Source: Tubiluchus corallicola
Lineage: Eukaryota > Animalia > Priapulida
Assembly (NCBI GenBank): GCA_030141605.1
Contig: JAQGDQ010000185.1
Coordinates: forward strand, 361,637 to 425,636
Direction: 5' to 3'
DNA: 64,000 nt
Positions 44,001 to 56,505 of this stretch are shown here, piece after piece. The notes under the pieces were generated by a model, which saw only the letters and a list, made by a program, of their open reading frames with translations, searched no databases and was not told the DNA's origin. The position numbers and the translations under genes were made by a program. The stretch's first letter is position 1, and each line of letters opens with the position of its first letter.

Positions 44001-47000
44001 TTGTTATGGTTACTAGGCAATTTTGGTTTTACAGACAAATTGGGTGCAGGGTAGAGACATCTGGTGGCATGATGAGATCAAAGATGCCAGTGATGAATGT
44101 GAATGTGTTTGGATGGATGCTGAAGATCCACTCTTTATGCTGTACACAAGGTATTAATAAACAAAACTAGTTCATTAGTTTTCTTTCAAGATATTCAAAC
44201 TGGAGTTTTTGATAGTTTCCGTTTACCATCAACCTATTGAACTATTTTGTGAAACTAGTTGTCAAATCAAAATTACAATTAGATCACTTTAAAAAAAATT
44301 TGGCCTTTAAATTCCTTCTAGTTATCATAATCTTAATGCTAACATTATTATTAATGATGTTGTAACCCACAATTAATTAAGTTTTAACACCACACTTGAA
44401 GAACATCACATTTGAAAAAGTTGAATGCAGCCTGATATGAATTCGGAACCTTCTACTTGCCAGGTTCTTGCCTTAGACCACTTGCATTGCAAAGTTATCA
44501 CATGTCATGTCTTTCAAGTTTGGTGTCAAAATTTAACCAATTGTGTGTTTGTAATATCAGTAAAATTTAATACTGATATCTATTGTATCGTGCATTTTTT
44601 CGTATGACATTTCATAGCACAAAAAGTGGTATGTTTAACTAGGTGACTTGTACTTCAGTCACGTAAAAGTAAAGTTGGGTAAAGATAAAACATTTGTGGG
44701 ATTTCAGCAGTGCACTTACAAGCAATTTTTTTGTTATTTTAAGCGGTTCAACTGGGAAACCCAAAGGCGTACTGCATACTATAGGTGGTTATCTATTATA
44801 TGCTTATACCACTTTTAAGTATGTGTTTGATTACAAACCTGATGACGTGTACTGGTGTACTGCAGACATTGGATGGATTACAGGACATAGTTATGTAGTT
44901 TATGGGCCAATGGCTGCTGGTGCAACCAGTGTTGTGGTAAGTGATCATTCATTCTGAGCATCTAAATGTATTAATGCTACATTGGTTGTTTGTTTATTTA
45001 TTTGTTTCTGTGTTGGCTTTTTGGTCTACTGTTTGAATCAAATGAAAAATATGCGTATGGATTGGTATTATAATTTAATAAGAAAAAACAAAAATAAGTT
45101 CTATTATTATAAGCATATTAATACAAAGTTGTCGTGTACATTTGGTGTTACAGGCTTATTGTTGCTGTTGACACGTTTGTTTGCTTTTAAGTGCTGTGGC
45201 TTTGGCCACTGCTGTATGTGCTTATTTGCTTAAATACTTCATATATTTATAAGCATTGTGAGTGTGTTTTAAATTCATATCATCTTATTTGTCCTACAGC
45301 TTATCAAATATGTTCATAACAGCATTTATGAATGGTAATGGTCTGCTTTTTATTATATCAACTGCTTGAAACTATAATTTTAAGAAGTGTCTTTCATAGT
45401 ATGTCTATATACTTTTCGCATCCGAGCATCAAGTGGCAATATATGTTTACACAAAATTGTAACTTTTGCACCTATAACATGCGGAAGCCGATTAACGAAA
45501 CCAAACTCTGGTTTTCTTCACTGTGTTTCTTGACTTTTAATTAGAATTCTTATGTACAGTTATACATAACAAAGAAATTTTACTTATATTAAGATTATAA
45601 GCAAAGTGAATCTTTTCACCAACAATGAATACGTGATTATTATACCAACAATTATACGTGATTACATTACAATGTGATTGTGCAATAAAGAATCATTTTT
45701 TGTGCAGTTTGAAGGTGTCCCATATTACCCACATGCTGGAAGATTCTGGGAAATTTGTGACAAGTACCAAGTGACAAAGTTTTACACTGCTCCGACTGCA
45801 ATAAGAGCACTGATGAAATATGGCAATGAACATGTAACAAAGTAAAAAGAAATCATTAATTATTTCTTCATATTTTAAATGTTTAAATTTGCGTCTTTAT
45901 TTCCTATTCACATGTGCTTTATTTTCCACATTGTTTGCTATTTACCTAAAAGCAGTGCAAAGTAGTTATAGTTTTATATTTAATTCAATGAAGATTTTAC
46001 TTGCATTTATAAATTATCCATGTTTGCGTTATCTTATATAACGTGTGCTTAATTGTTAGTAAGTGATCAATCTCCAGTCATATTCATTCTTTTCTTTTTC
46101 GTTGCTACAAGAAGCTAAAGTTTCAATGTTCAACTGCAGTTGATTTTGAGCTTATAACTGAAAATTGATTAAAGCTAGTCTACAGTGGTGTAGCAAGTGC
46201 TTGTGGCAAAAAAACTTCTGGCGTCCTACCTATTTAGCATTTTTATCATCTCTTTCGTGGGTGAAGTCATTGTGCATGTTTTTTGCACCCCTGAGTCGCA
46301 CTTTGTTTTTTGGACATAATAGGATAAAGGTAAATGAGTTTTTTCTAAGAATCACTTTGTGTTTGATTTGTGGTAGGGCACCAGAATAACTCTTTTCTTT
46401 GTATTAGTACTTGGTAACACTACAGCCTTAAACATTCAGCTCCAGCATTAAAACATGCAAAGAATATGAAACATACAGAACACTACAGGTTTTCACAATA
46501 AGTAATACAAATGGTGCCACACTACACAGGCTTAAATAACAACATTAGCTTCTTTCTAAACTGTACAAGGTAACTAAATCAACTACGATGATCTCTGACC
46601 AGGCAATTTTGCTGTAATTTGAAAAAACTTTCCTTAATTGCTAATGTCCGATTAGTAGTTAATAATTGTCATGAATGTCATACACAGTCATGAAACTCTA
46701 GAAGAATTTTGCGTCTTCTCACCCTTGTGCCTGGGGACGATTCCCTGTATCGTTCCATCCCCCTTTTACTACGCCTCTGTAGCTAGAACTTTTGTTGTGT
46801 ATCTCGTACAAGCCAGTGGTATTTACGTTGGTATTTGAAGTGGCTTCGTTTTCTTTATACAGGTACAGTAGGAAGTCGCTGCAGATTCTTGGTACAGTTG
46901 GTGAACCAATCAATCCTGAAGCATGGTTGTGGTACTACAATGTTGTAGGTGGCGGTTGGGCAACAGTTGTTGATACATTCTGGCAAACTGAAACAGTAAG

Positions 47001-50000
47001 CTGAAAAAATAAGAAAGGCCCAATTGTTTTCATGACACGCCCTAAACAAAACTGGTTGACTATATCGCACAGGTTTTTGGATTTTAACTCAAATTTTTGA
47101 TATCAAATCTGAATAATTAATTTTTTTCTCTTAACAAATGAAATATTGGTTTATATTTATTAACATCCCTTGAACACAGGGCTAGCTCTACCACTAGGCA
47201 AACTAGGCAGTTGCCCAGGGCGCGAAATTCTGGAAGTAATGCTTTAATTATTAAGTTTAGCATAAGTAAAAATCTGCTGTGTAAGTGCTTAAGTACACAA
47301 CACTTTAATTAAGAGAAACGAACTGCTTTCGTTATTTTCCTATCAAAATATGTGCTTGGTCAACTTTAACACGGAGATCTCTTACCTCAGTAAAACACTG
47401 CATTTGTGCGATACCCGACTTCCCAAGATTATGTCGTTTCATGTGGACATTACTGTGGCGATATCCCGCTTTTCACCTTTAGTTTACATTGTGTGCAGAG
47501 AGCAGTAGAAAAAGTAACAATGCGTTTATCTAATTATGTAGTTCCATAAAAATTGAAGCCTCCGGGTGCATAATATAGGCAACAAAAGGTAAAAGAACAA
47601 ACACTGAGCAGTAAAAAGATTCACTAATAAAGTATTTGCAACCAAACCAAGTGTGAAGATGGTGAAGCAAGCGAAATGGATATATGTGAGGTAGATGAAT
47701 TAGTGTTTCAGAAATTTTCTGGTGAGAAGATTGAGTGAAAATCTGGCTAACAACGTGCATATGATGATGATGAGTGTGCAGTAAGAATTGTAGAAATATT
47801 AATTGCTTCTAAAGACCTAGGACAATGTGATAAAAAATGCAATTTCAAAGGAAACAAACACAAGCTGTATATAAGTAGTTGTATAACTACAGTTAATTAT
47901 CACACTATAATTCATATATTTCGGAATCATTGGGAAGGGCCAACTGTGAGGAAGAGCTGCTAAAAATACATTTGCCTTGGACGTCAAACTAACTAGAGCC
48001 GGCCCTGCTTGAACAAGGCACTAACAGATTCTAACAGCATCACGGCTTATGATTTTCAAATCTCACATTCTAGACACATGCAATGTATGTGCATATATAC
48101 CCTCTGTCTGTTATCACCAACAGATATTTTTAGAATTTAATAGATATGAGAGGTTCTGGAATACTGATAAAAAGTCAACCCTTCAAATCTAATCCACTAG
48201 GTTAGAGCAATAATCTTCAATCTTAATGTTGAGCTTGTGTGAATTTTTATTAAACTCGCAAAGCTTCCTTAAGAGTTATTCACAATACTGAAATGTAGAT
48301 GCACTTGGTAATTAAGGAATGTAGAAAATCTTCCTACTTTATCTTTTCTGTTCTGTAGGTATTGTTTCTGCTTTATCTTATCTATCTCTCAATAATTTTA
48401 GGGTGGTCATGTAATGACACCACTTCCTGGAGCAACACCAACAAAACCTGGATCTGCGGTAAGAGTCTGGCGTGATGACACCAAAAATACAAAAATTCTT
48501 AGTGATAGTCAATGGGTTAGTTGCTAAGTTGACAAAAAACAACTTTGCACAAATGCAAAAAAAATCAATAATTGACTACCAAGACAGACCTTATAAATCT
48601 ACTTGTGTTAGAAGTAAATTATGTCAATTTAAAAAAATAATCAGTTTTTGTCACCTTGGCGGTAACCTGAAAATACTTACATACAGTATACCTTGTCAGT
48701 AATTTTGATAATTAGCCTGTTTAAATCGTGTTTAACATTCGAGAAAAAACTTGTATTTAATTTTTTTAATTCATGAATGACATGCAGATAATGACAATAT
48801 GACATACACCATAAGTTTTTTCAAAGTAAACAGACTCCTGCATAAAAATTTATGGAGCAACGAATTTTTTAGATAAATTCCTATAGATGTCAGCACATTA
48901 CATTAAACTGCTTATTGGATAAATTTACACATCTTTCTGATCGTGATTTTTGCTACATGTTATGACTTGCTGAAATGCTTGAAATGTCTTTACTATAGAT
49001 GAATAAAAAATCAATGTACCACACTTTTTATTTAAGTAGCTAAAGATTTGCAATACAAATCCCCAACTTCACCCTTTTAATTGCAAGTTATGTATTTTAC
49101 GGCTTGTACTTTTGAAAATATGGGATGTCATTAAAAAATTCGTACTAAATTTGTTGTTTCTAGACATTTCCATTCTTCGGAGTTGTTCCTTTAATTTTAT
49201 CGGAAGACGGCAAGGAAGTTGCAGGAGATGGTGAAGGCTACTTGGTAATGAAATAAATTACTTCCTAATTTCCAAGACCAACTTGTAATAATTTCATGGT
49301 TGTGTTGTAATTTATTTTATGAAACAAGCTTTTAACGAAATTGTGTATAATACCTTGAAACCCATTTGTCTTTTTATAGGTATTTAAGCAGCCCTGGCCG
49401 GGTATCATGCGTACAGTATATGGAAATCACGCTCGCTTTGAGACTACATACTTTAAGAAGTTTCCTGGGTATTATTGTACTGGTGATGGTATGTGCTATG
49501 TGTATAAATTATCTACAATTGAAAAATGTTATTTGTTCAATTTTATTACCTTTGCTTAATAATTATGTGTACGATATGTAAAAATTCACTTAAAATGATA
49601 CTTTGGTCACAGGTGCCAGACGCGACAGCGATGGTTATTTCTGGATCACTGGTCGGATTGACGACATGCTCAATGTTTCTGGCCACCTGCTTAGCACTGC
49701 CGAGATTGAAAGCGCGATAGTGGAGCACCCTGGTGTATGTGAGGCTGCTGTTGTGGCGCACCCGCACGAGGTCAAGGGAGAGTGCACGTATTGTTTTGTG
49801 ACACTCGTTAACGGCTACGAGTTTTCTCCTAATCTTGTCCAAGAACTAAAAAATCTTGGTGAGTATAGATGGTGCTGCTGTGGATTTCCCTTTTTTCTCT
49901 AGCGCACTCATATGGCTTTTGGCTTCGTCGAGAATTTCGTTTCATGGTTAAAATTAATTAGTCCGGGTGATGTCTGAACAGTATCATTGACATCGTTTTT

Positions 50001-51029
50001 GCCATTGTTAAGCTGGGTAGCCTTTTGCATCACATACGCTGTTACTTTTGACTAATCCTGTACTTTATGCGAAACGTTAGAATAACTTATGTTCTTTCCA
50101 CGTACCACATTGCCACATGTTCTGATACCCTTAAAGGAAAGCCCAGACCTTCTGGGAAGTGAGGCTTATTTCATGGTTTGATGAAAATGTTGGAAGGATT
50201 TAGTAATAAAAGTTTGATAAGCGTCTCGTGCAAATTATAAAATCACTTTAAAGTTCCAATATTTTCACGTTTGAGCACTCCCATTTTGAACGCCCATTCT
50301 TCCATCAATAACGTTGTTAATCAACTGAATAAAAGAGACATACTGTTAATGTCTGTCAAAAGTATAACTTTTTCAAAAATTAAGACACCTAATTTTGTCA
50401 CATTTTAGCATGAATATCAGTTAAGTTACAGAAGTATGAATTAGTTTAAGCAGTACGTACTTAAAGCCACGAAATGTCATGAAGCACCAGCTATGTCATG
50501 ATTTCAAGTTAATAGCATCTATCACCGCACCTGAGCATTCCTAAAGAGTGTTTGCATAAATTAACTTTATGCTTTGTAGACAGTTTTCTGCAAATTTCTT
50601 TGTGATATTTTTCTAAGTTTATGTGATAACAGTAAAATGAATCAAACATGCTGAGTTTGTCCTTTCTTTTGAACATAATCAAGGAAAATATTGTGATAAG
50701 AGTGACACATCTAATTTTTTACTTAACCAACTTAAACAAACTTACTTAAGCCACTGATAGCAACCAGAAAGCACATTTGACTCTAGTATGAATTTATGAT
50801 TTACGAATTTTGGTTCATTTCAGTCCGCAAAAAGATCGGGCCGTTCGCTCAACCAGACTACATTCAGAATGCACCGGGACTGCCAAAAACTCGCTCTGGA
50901 AAAATCATGCGACGTGTTTTGCGAAAAATTGCCGTGAACGACCACAATTTAGGTGATGTTACCACTTTGGCCGATCCCGCCGTCGTCGAGATGTTGTTCA
51001 AACTTCGACCACCAGGGTTGGATGAGTAA
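38025..51029 (+). CDS. ACSS2: Acetyl-coenzyme A synthetase, cytoplasmic type (ACSS2-like), 15 exons, 689 aa
   Basis: Exons 38025-38362, 39694-39785, 40248-40351, 41466-41538, 41987-42062, 42346-42457, 44035-44150, 44744-44936, 45708-45841, 46863-46995, 48402-48458, 49164-49244, 49380-49488, 49613-49858, 50824-51029 total 2070 nt in frame. Contains [14 protein letters not shown]-binding motif, [42 protein letters not shown] and [11 protein letters not shown]. No mitochondrial presequence, and the SPPAKRPC insert is ACSS2-like. Confidence 0.96.
38546..39088. mobile_element. hAT (Charlie-like) MITE, 543 bp, in ACSS2 intron 1
   Basis: TIRs CTTGGGTTCCCAACCTT ... AAGGTTGGGAACCACTG; perfect 8-bp TSD TTATAGAG at 38538-38545 and 39089-39096; internal GGGTCGCG-type motifs. 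Confidence 0.9.
40860..41280 (-). mobile_element. 5S rRNA-derived SINE (SINE3-like), decayed, in ACSS2 intron 3
   Basis: Reverse complement of 41225-41280, GTGACCGAAGTTAAGTATGACACTGAAGCTGGTCAGTGACTGAATGGATGAACCCC, aligns by eye to the invertebrate 5S internal control region (ACCGAAGTTAAG...GGTTAGTACTTGGATGGGTGACCGC), followed by a GC-richer body. 3' boundary approximate. Confidence 0.55.
42138..42215 (+). mobile_element. Short L2-like fragment, homologous to 43745-43820
   Basis: Shared TATTTGACAGAGATGyTCGAGTT...AGATCTGTTGACAATCTA. Confidence 0.7.
43560..43995 (+). mobile_element. L2-clade LINE 3' fragment in ACSS2 intron 6
   Basis: Peptide [69 protein letters not shown] matches the L2 consensus LQxVQNxAARL..HITP.L.LHWLPV..RI.FK..AP.YL..R.LRS; ends with GAGTGCTTATAAACAATAAA. 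Confidence 0.85.
44425..44486 (-). mobile_element. Possible tRNA-derived SINE head (degenerate)
   Basis: Reverse complement CAAGTGGTCTAAGGC...GAAGGTTCCGAATTCATATC has tRNA D-arm/T-arm-like motifs but no complete cloverleaf. Confidence 0.4.
46183..46779. mobile_element. hAT-like MITE (older) in ACSS2 intron 9
   Basis: Imperfect TIRs CAGTGGTGTAGCAAG ... TTTACTACGCCTCTG; TSD not clean (CTAGTCTA vs TAGCTAGA). Confidence 0.55.
47177..48007. mobile_element. hAT-family non-autonomous element, 831 bp, in ACSS2 intron 10
   Basis: TIRs CAGGGCTAGCTCTA ... TAGAGCCGGCCCTG; perfect 8-bp TSD CTTGAACA at 47169-47176 and 48008-48015. Confidence 0.92.
50131..50690 (+). mobile_element. Interspersed non-autonomous DNA transposon, Kolobok-like (copy 2), in the last ACSS2 intron
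   Basis: Homologous to 18631-19210; begins TTAA|AGGAAAG. Confidence 0.65.
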
Positions 51030-51240
51030 TTGACAAGAGCACACTCACAAATGGAAATGGTAACAATACTTTAATTGGTCAAATCGAAAATGACAGTGTT
51101 AGTTAATAGTCCAACTTGCTTGCTATCAGAAATTAAGAATGGGCTTTTTGGTGAGACTGTTTAGTGTAGACAGTATTTGGTGCCTTTGCATGTGTCCACT
51201 ATGCTGAAAGTAATAATATATACTTCTTCAAACCCAAATA

Positions 51241-51923
51241 TAGTCCAACCTCATTATACTGCCTCTCGTTATAACGCCAGGTTTGCTATAATGCCAACTT
51301 TTGGTTTGTCCAGATTTTCATAATGCATTCCATATAGAGAACACTACGAACCTTGCCTACCGCCATTTGCTAATGCATCTGATTTGTCAAAAGTCTGTTT
51401 TACATAATAAATCTACCCCATCATAATGCCAGTTAAGATAAAGGACAGCGAATTGCTGCTGAAAAGCAGACATTCTATTGCAAAAACAATGATCTCTGAG
51501 CAGAAAAACAATTATAGTGTTTAAATTAAGATTTAGGTTTCGCGCCTAAGTGACTGTATGAAAGTGAATGTTGTTTTGAGCAAGGAGCATACATTTAAAC
51601 AGTACAAGAGTTGTGTAGCTAAGGTTCAATACTGAACTGACTTGAATTTAAAGGCTGTTAAAGCTGCTGTTTGTACTGTTTCAATTAGAGGTCACATTTA
51701 TGAGACGGCCATTTGTAGTCTTAATTGTCCAGTAATGTTGCATTGCAAGCATGGGTGAGCTGCGAGGCTGCATATTTCTCTTATTAGCAGTTAGCTAATT
51801 ACCAATATTTTACAAGACTGCTTCTCCACCTTGTGTTACGTAATAAAAGCTTTGAAATATACAGCTGTAGAAACGCCATATTCATTGGTGTGCCAAACCT
51901 GGCGTTATAACAAGATTAGACTT
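51241..51923. mobile_element. pogo/Tigger-like MITE just downstream of the ACSS2 stop codon
   Basis: Imperfect TIRs AGTCCAACCTCATTATA ... TATAACAAGATTAGACT, plus a perfect 18-bp subterminal inverted repeat GTTATAACGCCAGGTTTG (51268-51285) / CAAACCTGGCGTTATAAC (51894-51911); CGTTATAAC motifs are typical of Tigger-like MITEs. Confidence 0.7.
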
Positions 51924-52701
51924 TCTCGAAACCATTTACAATCTAGAAATCATTTCAGAAAACTTCCTAAACAACAACATTTAACAGGCAGCTGTACTTT
52001 TCAATGTTGTGAATATGTTGCTAATGTACCGTTGGTTGAAAGACCGAAAAAAGGGAAATTTGAATATAGAACATATTAACTCACTCATGAGAGCGTGATT
52101 CTGAAAGGTATCACCAGTTAATAAGCAAAACTGCTTAAAGTACCTTTGTACCAGGGTACAAAAAAGAAATTGGTAAGGTGTATGTATAATTTAAAAAAGA
52201 CTTGTTTATATAATTAGTTTAAAAAAGTAAATATAAATATATTAACTATTCATAAACTTTACCACTAACTTGCATTGCTTCTTGTACATTTATTAATGAA
52301 TTATGTAGTATGGGCTATCAGAACTTACTAATATAGAAACTATGAATAACTAAAAAGCGAAAAATATGAGATAGATTAGATAACTAACTCCTATCTCAAT
52401 CTTATTAGCTGGCATTTAGATATAATTATACTAGCAAATTAATGTATGAAATTATTGGGCAAGAACTCTGTTAAATGGCAGACTTTTGTGCGATGTGTTA
52501 TGTAATGTTAATGTACTATGAAAAGGCACAGAATCTAATTAATTAGTTACCTAGATTAATTAATTAGTTAGCTAGTTACTAACCATTTACATCTTGGCAA
52601 GAGCTGATAATTGTTGCAAACAGTAAGTTAATAAACCTAGTGGCTTATTGAGAGTAACTAAAAGCTAATTTTGTTAAAAAAGAGACAAGGAATAATTGTA
52701 A

Positions 52702-52765
52702 GCAAAGTTGGGATTTGAACCAGAGACCTGGTGTGTAAGCCGCACTGCCACCTGAGCGTCTCTGC
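52702..52765 (-). mobile_element. tRNA-derived SINE head (copy 1)
   Basis: Reverse complement has A-box-like GCTCAGGTGG and B box GGTTCAAATCC; shares the 18-mer GGATTTGAACCAGAGACC with 58874-58891. No intact anticodon arm. Confidence 0.6.
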
Positions 52766-55700
52766 TCAAATGAGAGCTGATTTGACTCAACAAAATATTG
52801 AAACTGCCTTAACCAAAAAAAAAAAACTAGCCGAAGATATTCAATATTAGCTTTGATTTTGAATGTTTTATAAGGTATTATTTTTATTTGATTTTGTAAA
52901 TTTTAAGTTAAGAATGTGCTCAAGTAAGAGCGAAAGCAGGGTAACTTATCAAAATAGCTCGAAATCATAAACTCAAATGATGACGTCTAATATAATTTGT
53001 AGTTGTTTTGCTATTTATTTGTTTTTAGTAACATTTTTGGTGATTCCCAACACAGTTTTCATGCCTCACATTTATTAGGTTCTAATAGTTGACAGTTAAT
53101 GTTCAGAATGTTCTGAAAATGGATAAGAACCATTATTAAACAGGAAGGGTAATTTGTCAGGATCTTACATGTTTCATTTTTTGCATAATTGTTAATTAGA
53201 TTACAGGGGGAAATAAGATTCGTTAGCAATATCCTTTAGGAAAACTAGATATCTGTAATTGTTATAAATATGTACTTTGTCTGTTGTAGCCTATATTGTA
53301 AGTGTGTTAAATTTCATACAAATCCCAGTTGTACTAATTTTAATCACGTATTAATTTAATTTTTGTAATTGCGGTATGTTAGAATATGCACATGCACCTT
53401 GTTACATGTGTGTGTACACATACCTTCACCCTGATGCATGCGCACACACATTTGTGCAAATTTAAACACTGAGTTTCCCAAAAGATCCTTACTAAATTAG
53501 GTATGCTTATACTATATGTGATTTACAATGGTGTTGAACGTCTATTACGAATTAGTAATTAAAGTTACAATTATGATGCACTGATTTCGTGTATGTACTT
53601 GTTATGGGAGTACTGCAGAGTATTTGATGTGTGTGGTAGAAGGTATAGATGTATTTTCATAATTAAAGGAAAACAGTAATTTTTCAAACCATACCTCAGT
53701 CGGACCTATTATCAAGAATGCGCAATTTATTATCTAATACAAGTATCAAAATGTTTCTTATAATTACATATAAATAGCTTAGAAAATTAATTAAAGGCAG
53801 TAATTAGTGGTGATGCCACTTTTGGGCACAGTTTTTCAGCAGTAGGAGTCATTCACATGCATTTTGAATATGACGCCGAAAAGATTATTTGGAATGTGGC
53901 TCTGGTATGTGAAACTGACAATGAAACACAAAAAACCCCGCAAATTTTAAGTGTATAATTTCAAATTCATTGCTGTAGTTCTCATTTCATGACGCTGCCC
54001 AAATGTATTATGTATAGTTCTTCTGATTGCTACAGTGCCTAGTTTTTGCGTAATGCATTTTCCAAGGCATTGAAACCCATATAAGTACATCGCTGTGAGC
54101 ATGAAACAATGGAAAATTTGCCAAATTAGGTTTCTTAAGTGATAATTTTTTATAAACATGCTTAAAAAGTACATCCCATTCCCTGTATTCTATACTGTAT
54201 GTCATTTTGAGTTATGGTTTACAACTACATACTGTTTTCCTTTAATTTTTGGGGTACTGAATATATAAATATGTAGAATAGGTAGTAAAGAGTAAATAAT
54301 AATTATATCAGGATATAGATACTTAATAATTGCTTTAATTAGAATCTATTTTATTATGTAAGTAGTTATTTTTGGATACTGGTGATAGCATAATTGAGAG
54401 TGGGTATAATTAATGACCTATAATTAGTTAGTACTCACAACCAAATCATATTAATAATTGTAATTGGCATGTCTACTACTAGCTATAATATTTGCACGTT
54501 CAGGTAATTAAGTCTAATGTGCCAAGTACAATGTGTAGTTGTAGTAGTACTAACATGTGTAAAGATGAACCATACTTATTATGTTCTTGTTTATTACAAA
54601 ATTGCTGTTAACTGCTGCACTTTTACAAGCCTCTTCATTTTTCTGTTCTCTTGTAATGTCTCCATCCAGATCGTCTTTCATTCTTGTGAATATAACATTT
54701 TAATCTTTCTTTAATATAAATTATTTGGTATTTTACTCTTACTTTAATAGAAGTATGTAAGTAACAATTTGAATGAATGTCTTTCCTATTTTTCTTGATG
54801 TATGATTTTTTCACTTTCTATAGAAGTAGAATGTAATGTGAGAGTACCTATATACTTGCGTGGGAACATTAAGTTGACAACGTGTTTATCCAGAATTAAG
54901 ATTAATAATTATTGCAGCCACATTTACCATTGTCTACATAATTATAATTCTAATTAAGTTTTAGGCTTAATTTACTAGCTACCTAGTAGCAAAATTTTGG
55001 GGCCACAGAGGGTGACACATTTGAGTAAGTCTGTAAGTAATTGCCTTCTGTTAATTGCAAACTTATGTTATTAAACAACTCAAAAAAATCGAAATTAATG
55101 TCTATGGTTGCTTATTTTCCAAGATGTAATTTTTTATTTTGAAATGTTCTGTATGGATTCTGAAGCTCATTTTCAAGGCAAACAATAAACTGATTAAACA
55201 ATCTCTAAGTCGATCTTTCTTGCTATTGAAAACTCGTGTATATTCATAATATAAACTCTTATAATACTGCACAACCAAACTCACCCAAACTCTGTCAAAT
55301 CAGCAAAAAAGTTTTTTGAAAAGTAGAAGCTTAATTTAAATGTGTGTAAACATTATTTTTTTATTATTTATTAAATACACCCTGGGTAACCATTACAGCA
55401 TAGCACTTCAAAATACTTAATGAATTGGTAATAGCATATTTATTATGTACCCAAAGTGCCAAGCTGCAAAAGGCCTTTGGGGTGCTTGTTGTAAGCACCC
55501 CATCAATTTTTTACAGTGATAACAAAACTCGTCTGCTAAGAGATTTCAGATCATCCATTCATCTCTTAAATTCATTGCAACTTCATTCCCTGCTTGATAA
55601 AAAATATTGCAGCAAATACCTGAATGACAGAGTTTGTGTTTGGTTAAGAAGTAAGGCAATGCCAACCCTGAAAAGTAAATGAATGGGTGACTTACAGGAA

Positions 55701-56505
55701 AATATACTTTTATACAGTTTCGTTTCAAAATTGGCCACATTTCCCCGGACTATTCCTTCCACTGAAAAAGGGTATATATATATATACTGAATCTGAATGT
55801 GGCTAAAACAACAATGGTTTAATCGCGGTTTGCACAGGATTATTGTTGATAATCAGCTAGATTCTGGTTACACCGTCTATTTTAAGTAGGCGTTGTGATC
55901 CAGGACTTAAATAGTGCTGTTTTCAGACTTGCCATTTCATAAAGTAAGAAAATAAACTAGATAACTTTTGTCAACTTTGGTGAGATATTTACATTATAAT
56001 GAATAAAATGCACAATGCTGCTTCTATAAAAACATCAAAACGCTACCCCAAGTAATGCCAAGTTCATTAGAAGACAGACTTAAAATTTGCAGTTTTCTGA
56101 TTAAATAGCCCACACAAACATGTTAAAAGATAAAATGAATACTTTTCAAGAATTACATTATATAACGTAAAACTGAACAACACAACTTGTTAATGTGCCA
56201 ATGTGGTTTCTTTTACTGCACCTGAAAGGTTAATGTTTGGGACACTTTTTGGAAAGCATTCCAAACCTGAATAGTAGTATATGCATACAATTATTTAAAA
56301 TTATCTTTAACAAGTTCAACCAAATATATTCTGACCTTTTAGCAACTAAACTGTATTCTGGTATACCTGTGCTTGTACTAATCATTCTGTAACACTCAAT
56401 GCTTGCAGGCTCCTTCATTTGTCTTCTTTCTTTATACTGTTCCAGCCAGGACATCATGGTAATAATATAGAGTAATTACTGTTAAAAGTTCATCACAAAT
56501 AGCTT

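Noticed and set aside
52702-52765. Possible tRNA gene (also 58866-58935 and 44425-44486)
   Set aside because: B box present but no complete cloverleaf or anticodon arm; treated as SINE heads.
56230-56457. 75-aa ORF just downstream of the MFSD5 stop on the same strand
   Set aside because: No recognisable homology; most likely 3' UTR.
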